Assembly (NCBI GenBank): GCA_951804945.1 | Contig: OX638156.1 | Coordinates: 49,786,001 to 49,850,000 of the forward strand | Source: Podarcis cretensis | Taxonomy: Eukaryota | Reading direction: 5' to 3' | Length of the DNA: 64,000 nucleotides | In this document: positions 24,801 to 34,800 of the stretch, piece by piece | Position numbering within the stretch: the first letter of the stretch is position 1 | Layout: the number at the start of each line of letters is the position of its first letter | The notes under the pieces: model-generated | The model's input: only the letters and a program-made list of their open reading frames with translations | What the model was told of the DNA's origin: nothing | Databases searched by the model: none | Made by a program: the position numbers and the translations under genes

Positions 24801-26486
24801 ACTGGGCGGCGGAGGAGTCGCGGCGGAGGGCTGGGCGCTCAGAGGAGCAGTCGCCGTCGGCTCTTCGGTGAGGATGGGCGTCGCCTCCGTCGGGCCGCAC
24901 GTCAAATGCTGGCAGGTCGTTCTCTGGGAGACAGGGAGAGAGAGTCACCAGGGCCGGCTGCTCGGTGGTGCGCTGCGGTCAGCCCAGGGGGCGCTGCGCA
25001 GCGACGGCGGCCTAGAGAGCCTTCGCCCGTTCCTGTTCGACGGCTGCGCAGGCACCTGCTTTGGCGGGAACTTACCACCCAGGGCGTGGAAGTCTCTCGG
25101 GGCGTCCTCGGGGGGCCTGTAGCGGACAGAGAGCAGAAGGGGTTGAGCTCGGGAGGATTCATGGAAGCGGCGCTTCCGGGGCGGCAGGGATGGTTCTAGG
25201 ACCTGCGACGGCCCAGCCCAGCCGCCTCGGGAGAGCCTGGCCCTGGCCCGGCCTCCGGGGTTGCAGCCACCTCGAAAGGGCGTGCTTCGTGGGGGTCTTC
25301 CAGAGGCGTGCTTCCAGAGAGTCTCATCCTCAGCTCAGCCACGAGGTCCTTCTCGCTCTTTGAAGCTGGAGGCCCCCTGCCCAAGCCCCTGTGGGTGCGG
25401 AATGAGGGCACGAACTCCCACCCCGGGGGGCGGGCAGACTCACGCACCAGATTGGCAGATGAAAAAGTGCTTCTGGTCACACTCCTCCCTCCGGGTATAG
25501 AATTGGTCCCCATTCCGGACGAGGACTTTGCAGTGGTCTGCGGAGAGTAGGCGCCGCCGTCAGACACGGTTATCCCTCTTCCCCGCCACCCCACACTCAG
25601 CACCAGCCCGCCAGTTGTTTGCCTTTGAGGGATTTTCTTAGGATAAGGCTTTCCGGCTGAGGCTGCCCTGAGCGCCCCCTGTAGGGCTCCGCTCCATCTC
25701 CAGACTAGAGTCTCCCAGTGGTGGCAAGTGGTTTAAGGGGAGCCTTTGCATAGGGTGAGTGCCTGGTAGCAAACCCTCGGACAGCCTTGCATTATTATTA
25801 TTTTTAACCCTCCCCACTCCTTGACTGCCTGTCACAGACTGCAGAGCTGAGCCATCAGCAGCGGGGCTTGGCATGCGAGGATGGTTGCCACCCTGGGTGT
25901 CCTTGAAACGCTGGTGGGCGGGGTCCCTCGACGGAGGGAAGGGTCTGCAGGGCCTGGCTGGGCCCTTGAAGTGAGAAGCTTGGCTGCCCCGCCTCGATCC
26001 CCACGAGGAGACGGTGGTCCCACATTGTGTAGGGAGGGTGGCGGTCTTGCCCTGAGGGGTTTGGCGTCTGGGCGAGTCAGAGATGCTGAGTGGGGAATAA
26101 CACACATCCCGGGAGAGTATCCTGGAATTGGCTGCTGCTGCCCCTCTTCTGCGGTGCTGCTGTTGGGCCTCTGCGCCCCCGCCCGCCCCGCTCTCACCTT
26201 TGCCAGGGTGGCTCACTTCTGGGAGCGCCTTTGCTGCAGCCCCGATCCAGGTTTTGCTCCTGTCGTCCAGGCGGTCGCGCAGGGCGTCCTGGATCTGCTG
26301 GTTCCACGTGTGGAGGAGCCGGCCGTGGGATCGTCCGCACAAAATCACTGCACGCAAGGCGGGTTGTGGCCACCGGAGCAGCCGATAGCAGTCCTCTCCT
26401 GCCACGGGCAGGCAGGCGGGCTCCGATTCCTCCGAAGAGACCTGTGCGGCCCAGAGCCAGAGCCACATCCCTATAGGGAGCCCCAT
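9802..26486 (-). CDS. PKD1L3: Polycystin-1-like 3 (PKD1L3), full length, 31 coding exons, ~1772 aa
   Basis: Exons (- strand, 5'->3'): 26486-26198, 25537-25448, 25116-25076, 24923-24492, 24014-23883, 23669-23505, 23286-23153, 22373-22247, 22121-21996, 21778-21550, 20745-20561, 20382-20152, 19903-19802, 19506-19328, 18527-18381, 17933-17740, 17338-17142, 17044-16876, 16678-16486, 15542-15290, 14951-14849, 14703-14560, 13404-13219, 12782-12491, 12132-11999, 11826-11702, 11149-10989, 10886-10676, 10561-10460, 10207-10076, 9915-9802; phases are consistent (5319 nt). Signal peptide, C-type lectin (CYRLL...[10 protein letters not shown]), GPS ([21 protein letters not shown]), PLAT ([33 protein letters not shown]), [10 protein letters not shown], and polycystin channel domain ([38 protein letters not shown]). 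Tail-to-tail with IST1, as in mammals. Confidence 0.9.
11288..11419. mobile_element. Short palindromic hAT-type MITE
   Basis: cagcctttctcaaccttgggtccccagatg...catctggggacccaaggttgacactg; near-identical 8-bp flanks ctctaaaa/ccctaaaa. Confidence 0.65.
13553..13852. mobile_element. hAT-type non-autonomous DNA transposon
   Basis: Terminal inverted gggcgtag / ctacgccc; exact 8-bp TSD ggtatgat at 13545-13552 and 13853-13860; CpG-rich interior. Confidence 0.7.
13976..14206. mobile_element. Tc1/mariner-pogo (Tigger-like) MITE, copy 1
   Basis: TIR cagtggtacctcgggtta...taacccgaggtaacactg, TA on both sides, internal taacctgaagc repeats; same family as 48105 and 50780. Confidence 0.8.
21128..21264. mobile_element. 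Short palindromic hAT-type MITE
   Basis: caggcttcctcaaactc...gagtttgaggaagcctg long inverted arms; 8-bp flanks ccgtacag/ccatacag. Confidence 0.75.
22700..22905 (+). mobile_element. tRNA-derived squamate SINE (Squam3-like)
   Basis: A-box gtggttagag, B-box gggttcaaatccc, then gggtgactttgggccagtcac...caacctacctcgcagggttgtt and an A/T-rich tail. Confidence 0.65.
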
Positions 26487-26540
26487 GCCGCTCCCTCTTT
26501 GGAGCAAGCTGGGCCTGGGTCACCCTTTAATAGTCTAAAC
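24640..26540 (-). promoter_or_regulatory. CpG-rich 5' region of PKD1L3 with TATA-like TATTAAA (26532-26526) about 40 nt upstream of the ATG
   Basis: High CpG density across exons 1-4; - strand reads ...tttagacTATTAAAgggtgacc...ATG(26486). Confidence 0.45.
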
Positions 26541-27250
26541 TGGGGGCCCCCCCACACACACACCGTGCACGCTCAGCCCACGAACTGAGAAAGCAGGTGG
26601 GGGAGCTGCTGAAAAGAGGAGCAGAGCAGCGCCACACCCAGAGGCTGAACAGGTGCAGCACCTGGCGCTCCAGCTGGAGATGGGCCCTCTTGTTTGCAAA
26701 GAAGAGGATGCCATTGTCTGCACCCCTGCTAGGAAGAAAGGAGGAGCAACTGCATTGTCTGCTGCATAAAAGGCACGCTGGCAGGCAAATGTTGAGAGCC
26801 CAGGTGGCACATGCCATTCCTCTTGCTCCAGAGAACAGTATGATAACCAAGCAGTTCGGGTGACAAGAAATGGGATTTCAAGGGGTTGGGGAGTGGGGCA
26901 GACAGGAAGGTGGCAGACTCCCCTTCATTAGAGGTTTCTAAACGGAGGTGAAGGGACCCTCCTTCCAGGGAGGTTGTGCTAGTGGGATTCCTCAGGAGGT
27001 AGGAGTAGATGACCCTCACTGTCCCTTCCAACACTACAGTTCTATGATTCTTCTGGACAAGTGCTGGCGAGTCTCCAGCCAGCCACATGAGGTTTTACAG
27101 TTTACTGCATGTCATTGCCAGGGGGCCACCATGGTGTTTGTAGTGGGAATGGGTGTCTGGATCTGGGCCTGGGCCCCTGAGCAACCAATTATGATGTCCT
27201 CAGAGAGTGAAAGAGAGCTTCCACAGACACCACTGACCTGTAGCCTGCCA

Positions 27251-27413
27251 TTTATTCGGTGTGGGCCATGCCTAGTGTTGAATCACTTTGCAAGATAGCA
27301 CACAGCTTGGAAGCTGACCTCACATAGACTTCTTACTGGGGAGAGGAGGCTTGCCTTCATTGCAATCACACACAGAGTACTTAAAATTGGAATATAATAA
27401 AGCTCCATTTATT
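27251..27413 (-). terminator. Candidate polyadenylation signals (AATAAA on - strand at 27413-27408 and 27256-27251) for the truncated polycystin gene
   Basis: Two tttatt hexamers between the truncated gene's stop and the PKD1L3 start. Confidence 0.45.
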
Positions 27414-28854
27414 ATAAGAAATATATACTTGGATAGAAAAGAGTTACTAGTTTTAGCTAATTAATCTTAAAGCTGCAAGGGAGTCATGCTTGCTCTTTAC
27501 TCTCGGCAGAGATACATCCATAGATGTCCTCTCTCCTTCAGCTTCAGAAGGAAGAGGGGGAAGCAGGAAGTTTGGTCACTGTCAGGAACCCTAAGAAAAT
27601 CAGTCTAATAGTAAAGGAAAGGTCATCACAGAGATCAAAGGGCAGTTAAACAATCTTGGAGGTTCCCTTCTCTATCCACTTTAACCTCATGCAAACCCTC
27701 AGCAAGCTGAGTTGCATCCCAACTCTTTCAACACTCAGTGAGTTCAGGGTTGGCTCCATTGGCAGGTTACAGAATGGGACTTCGCTGTCCCCCTCCCATG
27801 CTGTGCCCTCCCGTTCCTCCAGAGAGATGGTCCTGGCCTTTGTACAGGTGTGGGTGACATCATGTTGGAGAGGCTGATTAGAGGTCTTGGGCACATGGCG
27901 TGGCAAAAGCCAAGGTGGCCTCGCAGAAATTTGTCCTCCCATCACTGGAAAGAGCACAGCCTGCAATCACAGAGGTCGAAGATGTGGGTCAGGATGGGGC
28001 CCTAGGACTGCTTCCCAGCATATTTTCTACTCCCTTGGCCCCAGTCCTGGAGCTGCAGTGTCCCTTAGGATGGTTAAATTACTGGTAACCTAATATGTCT
28101 GCTCTAGTCTGACTGGCAGTGGCGTTTCAAGGCCACGAGCAAAGAGAGACTACTCGAGATCTTTTTAATGGGGAGTGTCAAGAGTTAGGAAGGCAGGGGG
28201 CCTGCAAAGCAGCTGCTCTGCCACTGGGTAGTGACTCCTCTCCACCCCCACTGTGTACATGCCAGTCACTACCTTTTAGTCCTCCCCAATCTTCTCCCCT
28301 TCCACAGGGGACAGTCCCAGTCCTGCCCTTGCAGGGGCTCCAGTTCAATGTGTTTCCTTCCTGTTTAGCAAGCCCAGGAGATGCCTAGTGTAGCCACTCT
28401 GCATCCTCTGCCTCTCCCAGAGCAGGCCCTGGGCTACCTGCTCTTGGCAACCAGAGGTGCCCACACCAGCAACTGGTTTCCTCCACCAAGCCTGCATGCC
28501 TTGCCGGGCCAGCCAAAGCAGCAGAGGAATGGTCCAGGTGGGCTCCTAGTCATGCCGATCCAAAGTGGAGAGGCGTGATTCTTCTCTGTGTGTGCATAAC
28601 CTTCCCTTACGGGAGGTGGAAGAGGGAACAGACGTAGTACTGAAAACCCTTCCTCTTGTCTGGCCCCTGTCTTGAAAGGAATTTTTTGAACTTGAGTTTG
28701 TTTTCTGCAGTTGGTGCGGGACATTCTCAGTGCCACCTTTGCCTTTCTCTACATGGAGGCAGTCCAGGTCCCCACCCTCTCTGGAGAGGCCCCTTTCCCT
28801 TTCCCTCCTTCAATTCATCCTGCCTTTCCACTTCTGCAAGCCTCCTTCCTCCCT

Positions 28855-31800
28855 TTACCGGTCTTCCAGGTCCAGGGCTGCCTCATCTTCATCCTCTGCT
28901 TTCTTCAGTATCAGGGCACAGAAAATGGCAAAGCTTATCACCTGCATTGGGTTTCATGGAAGAAGAGGGATGGGCAGGATCCGCAGCCATTTTGCCTCCC
29001 CCCATCCATAAAACAGAGGGAGCATCTGCAGGCTTCCCTTTCTCCAGATGAGCCAAGCCCCTCACTTTGTGCCAAAACACCACAACAAACTGGTGTATGT
29101 GTGAGGGTGCTTTGGTTAAATTCTCCCCCACCCCCTTGAAATTCATGGGAGGAAGAGAGGAGATGCAGTGGGTGTTTGCAGTGCTCCAATGCCAGACACC
29201 TGTCCCAGCCAGGCAGGTGGCAGACACATACATGAGATGAGGAAGAAGTATGTGCACCATGATTTCTGCTGCTGCTGCTGAGATGTCCCTTCCCCTACGG
29301 GTTGCCAGTTGAGGAGTATCACAGACCCTGAGATTTCAGGGCCCAAAACTGAGACCTAGGGGCTGCCCCTGGTGGTGTCAGGGGCACAGACCCTGGTACG
29401 TATAGTCACAAGGGTCCTAGAGACAGAGGTTAATTAGGAGAAGAGTGGAGGTAGTCCTCCAGAGTGTCTATGCTATAATTTGCATCCAGCTCCTGCTGGT
29501 CCAAAGTGTGCACCCTCTATACACAGTCTTCTGTGTACACACACACACCACTGGAACTCTCACCCATCTAGCGATTCAAGCCCTTCACCTGCCACCTGGA
29601 GGGTACTAGGCAAACCTGAAGACTTCAGATCAGACTTAGAGGTCTGGCAACCCGACCTCTCATGAGAAGGCCCCCCTGGAATGCTGGGTTTGCTCAGCCT
29701 GGCTGGGAAGTACCTTGAGGGGCTGCAGGACGAAGAGGGCCTGGCCCATGGAGATGGCAGTGGAGATGAGCCAGCGTTCGGTGCTCTCCTTGCCATAGTG
29801 GAAGCCATAGAGCAAGGAGAAGAAGGTGGCCACTGCGCTGAGGGAGACCAGCAGGGCCCACCCCACCCAGGCGCCCCACCAGGGCAAGTGCCACCTTAGG
29901 CTGTGGAGGAACAAGAGGAAGGCATGAGGAAGAGGCTCTGCAAGATAGGCTTCCCTGCCTGCTCACAGAGCCTGTCTGAGCTACCTACATGGAGCGAGAC
30001 TGGATGGGGCTTGCTAGCTCGAGACGCCTGGCCATCTCCTCCACGCGCTGCTGCAGAGCCGGAGGGTGCTTGGCTGTCGGGACTCCTGGTTCCAGCTCCC
30101 CCAGGAGACAGGAGATGTGCCGCAGCTTCAGGAGGAGGTAGCGGTTGCAGTAGGTCTGGTGCAGCGCATCAGGGCTGGGCGCCACACTGGAGATCTTGGG
30201 CTCCCTCCCTGCAAGCAGAAGCCGCAGCGTCACCATCCTCTGGGGGTCTAGCAGGGCTGCCCAAGGCAGGCAGGCAGGCATGGCTGGGCTCTCACCTGCT
30301 GCCTCCTCTTCCTCCCCAGGATCAGGGTGGATAAAACGAGCCAGCCACTGCAGAAGCTCCTCAAGGTCCATGTCGGGATGTAGCAGCTGTTGGCTCTGCT
30401 TGCTGGCTTTGCTCAGTGTCTCCACTGCCCCGCGCAGGCTCTAGGGAGGGAAAGACAAGCACAGGTAGACGGGAGAGTGGCAGGCGACTGGGGCACAAAT
30501 GCACCCAACAGGCTGAGGGTAAGGTGGGCAAAGCTGGGCACAAGAAGATGTAGCAGATAGGAGAAGTGCTGTGGGAGATTTGCAGCCAAATCTAACAATG
30601 CATATTTTTGTGAGTTAGCATGTGAAGGGGTTAAGACCATAGGGTCACATTATTGATAGAGAGACTCGGACCATAGAAATGTAATTGGTAGAGATGGTTC
30701 TGTGTGAGGTCATTTTCCCTCCTCTCTTGGAAATGAAGAATCAAAGTATTTCCTGTTCCTTCCCTCTCTCTTTTCTCTTCAGCCAGTGATGGAGCAGACA
30801 TATATCCTATCGCTCCAGCATTGGCCACATGCCTCAAGCTGTTCATACTGTAAATATAAGTATTTTGCCTGCATTTATTTTACTGCTGTTGCTGCTGAGA
30901 ACAATTGCATGACTATGAGTAAGTAAACATATTTTAAACTTACTTCTCAGTCTGTGTCTGGTTCTTTGTTAAGGGGCAACCAGCTTGCTTTGTGGCTGCA
31001 CTGAATTTAATGAATGCTTCACAGCCTTTTCCTATGCTTTCTATTTTTCTGCTGAGGATGAGACTTTGAACTCTGCTCAGCCCTGTGCTTTAAACGAAGC
31101 GATAAGCTGATCTCTTTGTATGTTCAGCCCACAAATGTGGGCACCTGGAGGGATAAATTATCATTAACATATCCTCTCCTACCTATTAAAAGCCATCCCA
31201 TAACTGCCACAGAGAAAAATCTCTGGCAAGCCAGTGCTTGCTGTATCTGCAAATGCAAAAACGTCTCCCTGGGACCAAGTTCACTGGTGCAAGAAGGATC
31301 CTGGGGGACGTGGGGCTTCGGGGATCGGGTGGGGGTTCTTCTCCACTGCCAGCTCAGCCGTGGCCTTATTCCAAGGGGAGGCACAATGGGGAAAATGCCC
31401 TGGGTCCTGGAGAGCTCTTGTCCCTACCTCATGCACAGTGTCCAGGGTTGTTGGGCTGGCAGGGGCACTGGGCACAGCCGTTGCCAGGCCGGGCTTTGCA
31501 TGGCTCTTGCGTGGTTCAGCGTGGCGGAAGATGAATACAAGGAGCAAGTTGACGGGGAAGGTAATCAAGGCACTCTCCACACTGATCATGATGTCCTTCC
31601 AGGAGAGGGAGAAGCAGCTGCCTGTGTATCAACGGGGGTGGGGGGGTGAAAGTGCCTGCAAGTGGACCTACCAGTCACTACTCTTTGTGCCCCAAGGAAG
31701 CTGGAAGGAGGCACCAACTGCTACCTGCACAATCAGAGGCAGGATACCTCTAGATTCAGGGGGTGGGGGATCAAATTTAGGAGAGGAGCCTTGCTTGTGC

Positions 31801-34800
31801 GCTTCCCAGGAGGCATCGGGTAGCCATTGTGTGAGAAGATCCCACCCGCAGTTGGCCTGATCCAGCTGCACCCAGGCTCTTCTGAAGTCCTAATACATGA
31901 ACGTCCCTCCGGCCGGCCCCAAGGGTATGACTGCGTTTGTCTCTCCAGTTGTGGCAGGAGGGACTTTCCTCTACTGGCAGAAGTTGGAGCAGAGGAGTTG
32001 CACAGCCCCCTTTTCCATGCCAGTGGCCCTTGGGAGATATCCCATGTGGCACAACCCTTACCAACACTTAGGAGCTCGGGTGAATCATGGGGCACCTCCC
32101 AGAACATGAGGCTGACAAGGGCAGAGCAGAGGAGGAGGCAGAAGCCGCAGGAGAGGCCCTGGACCCGCGTGACGGGCCGCCCATGGCCTGTTCGGGTCAG
32201 TAGCACTGTCAGCACTGTGTGCTCCTCCCGAAGACCGCTCAGAGTCCTTTGCCGGAAGATGGGCCTGCAGAGAGAGTGGTAGATAGATGGGTGGGAGCAG
32301 GACCCAAGGCCAGGCTATGGGAGAGCCAGAGGAGGAAGACAGATGGAGTCTCCAGCTCTGCCTGGGAGGAGGGGGTTCGGAGATCCCTGCTAAGTTCATG
32401 CACAGTGGGCAGGTGGGGGCTGAGGACACCCAAACAGACTCCCCCGTCTCTTGGTAAGCCTACCAGAATGCTGTTAGCTGGTGCTGTGGAGCTGCTAGGA
32501 AATGCTGGGCGGTGCTGTGTGGGGCGCCTGCTGCTGGGATGTGCCACGGCTGGCAAGAGAAATGGAACCTCCTACTTTGCTGCAGGTCTCGCACTGTGAT
32601 GTGGGCGGTATGCCTGAGGGAAGGGGATGGGTAGTGAGTGCCAGGCAGGAGGCTGGTGCTTCTAGTGCCCCACTTGGAAGAAAGTCCTGCCAGGCAGAGG
32701 CAAGAGGCCTCCCTGCTGGATGAGTGCCAGGTGTGCTGACCCCCCCAGCCCCGCCTCCTCTCGGATGCCTGAGGATGGTCACCCTGACACAATAACCACC
32801 TCTGCCCCATTCAGAGAGAGGGGGAATTGTGGCATGTCCAGCAGAGGCAGGCTGGCACCCCATGGCAGGTGGGCAGTGTCCGAATGCCGGCACAATGTCT
32901 CCAAGTGGTATGTCACCCACCCACCCTACTTCTGGGCAGACTGACCAGGGCAGCTGTGGGGTGGAGTGGGGCTCCTGCCACAACCAAATACTCTGGAGCT
33001 CTCCCAGTGGGTATGGCTCCCGTAGGAGGAAGAGGCTGGCATCCAGGGGCAGGCGCCGAGGCTTGCTGACACCAGACGATCCCTGCAGGCAGATGCAGAC
33101 CTGCTGGAGATGAAGGGGCTGGGTGAGCTCTGGGGCAAAGACCAGGCACCCCACCCCCTCCATCACTCAGGGCAGACCACTCACACAGGGGCTGCCTCCG
33201 GGGGCCTTCTGCTGCCCATGCAGGGAGATCTGGAGAAGGTAGCCATACTGGGCACAGGGATCATCATCGGACAGGAGGACTGGCCCTGCCTGGGAGAGGG
33301 AGAGGGGCGTGAGGGGTGGCGTTTCTAGGGTCATGCTCTGCCATGGAGCAGCACAGGAGAGCAGAGAGCGCTGAGGCCCCATACATACAGTTGTCCTTCC
33401 CACTTGGCCCCAGTGAAGACCAGAATAAGGGGATCTCTTTTGCTGGTGAAGAGATGTGCAAACCTTAAATCCACATGGAATCGTTAGACAGAACAGAGTT
33501 AGCTGCATCTGACTCAGCTGTATGTTTATAGAGAGCAAAATGCAGTCATGACCATTTGTAGAAAATAAGAAGCCTTCCCCGCCCCTAGCCAGCCACACCC
33601 TTTAGGGGTGGAGGGTGAGGAGATCAGAGTCCTTTGTTCTCCACATGGCGTGGGAGAGCCCCTGGAGACCCTCCAAGAGTTCAGTCTCCAAATGGTGGCT
33701 GTTGCTGCATGACCTGCCCTTCTGAGAGCATCACTACCTAAGAGCTGCCAAGGGCATGTGAGTTTGTGCTGCTTGCTGCCAGAACCGGCCCCCCCTTACC
33801 TCCGGCCCTCTCACCCCCAACAACTTACCTGGTGCAGGGGGCGTGTGTCCAACCAGCGGGCCCAGGCCACCCCCACCAAGTAGAGGGCACAGACGACTCC
33901 CAGGACCACGACCAGAACTGGGTTCTTGTTCACCTGGCTAAAGTACTCTGCTGTGCGCACCACATCCAGCTGGACTGGCGCCACCCAGAAGCTGCTGCCA
34001 AAGAAGGAGAGGTGGGTGCAGAGGCAGTGGACTTCCGCCAGGCTGCTGCTCTCTCCTACCTGCAAACAGGGTGGGATTAAGGGTGCTTCTGGGCAGCAGA
34101 TCACCTTGGATATTTCTCACAAAACAGAGATCCAGATGCTTTAAATAAAGAAGCAGGCAGTATGGTCTTGAAATGGGATAGAAGTGTTATTAAGGACCAG
34201 AGGCAGCTATTCTGATTCTTCCCTGCCTCTGGCAGTAGGGGGCGCAAGGTACCCAGATTCCCTTTGTTTCTTGAACGCCAAGACTCACCTTGCAGCCTGC
34301 CTCTCGCCACTGGGCATCAGGCAGGTGCCGGGAGACGCACTGGATCCCATAGGTGCTGACATGTAAGGTGGCAGGACCCTGGCTGGCAGAGAGGTTCAGT
34401 GGCACCACCAGGAACTGAAGGGCTCCTCTCAGGTCACGAAGAACTTCCTCCTTCACTAGCCAAGTGTAGCCATCTGCAGGAGATGGGGGGGGGGCAACAC
34501 AAAAGGGAAACCATTTTAGGAAGAGGTCCTCACACTCCCCAGGCCAAAAGTGGAAGCAGAAGCCAGCTCTTCTGTCCCCCTGCTATACCCAGGCCAACGT
34601 TGGGCTCAATGGGCTCCCGGAGTTGCTCGCTTGGCTGCAGGAAGAGCTCCAGAGGCCCCACAGGGTCCAGGTGAGCGTGGATCATCAGGGATCCCCCTGT
34701 CCATGTCACGTTCGCAGTCAGAAGGAGGGCCTCCCCTGGAGAGAGGAAGGCAGCTGGCTCGGCAGGGGCTGTAGGCCCAACCCGGGGCAGGAAAATCTGG

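Noticed and set aside
25196-25380. Possible extra PKD1L3 exon ([15 protein letters not shown]...)
   Set aside because: The flanking exons join in phase without it and its splice sites are weak; it cannot be supported.
26527-28850. Possible channel-domain exons of the second polycystin gene
   Set aside because: No TOP or channel motifs, no run of TM-coding exons and too little space; poly(A) signals are present instead.
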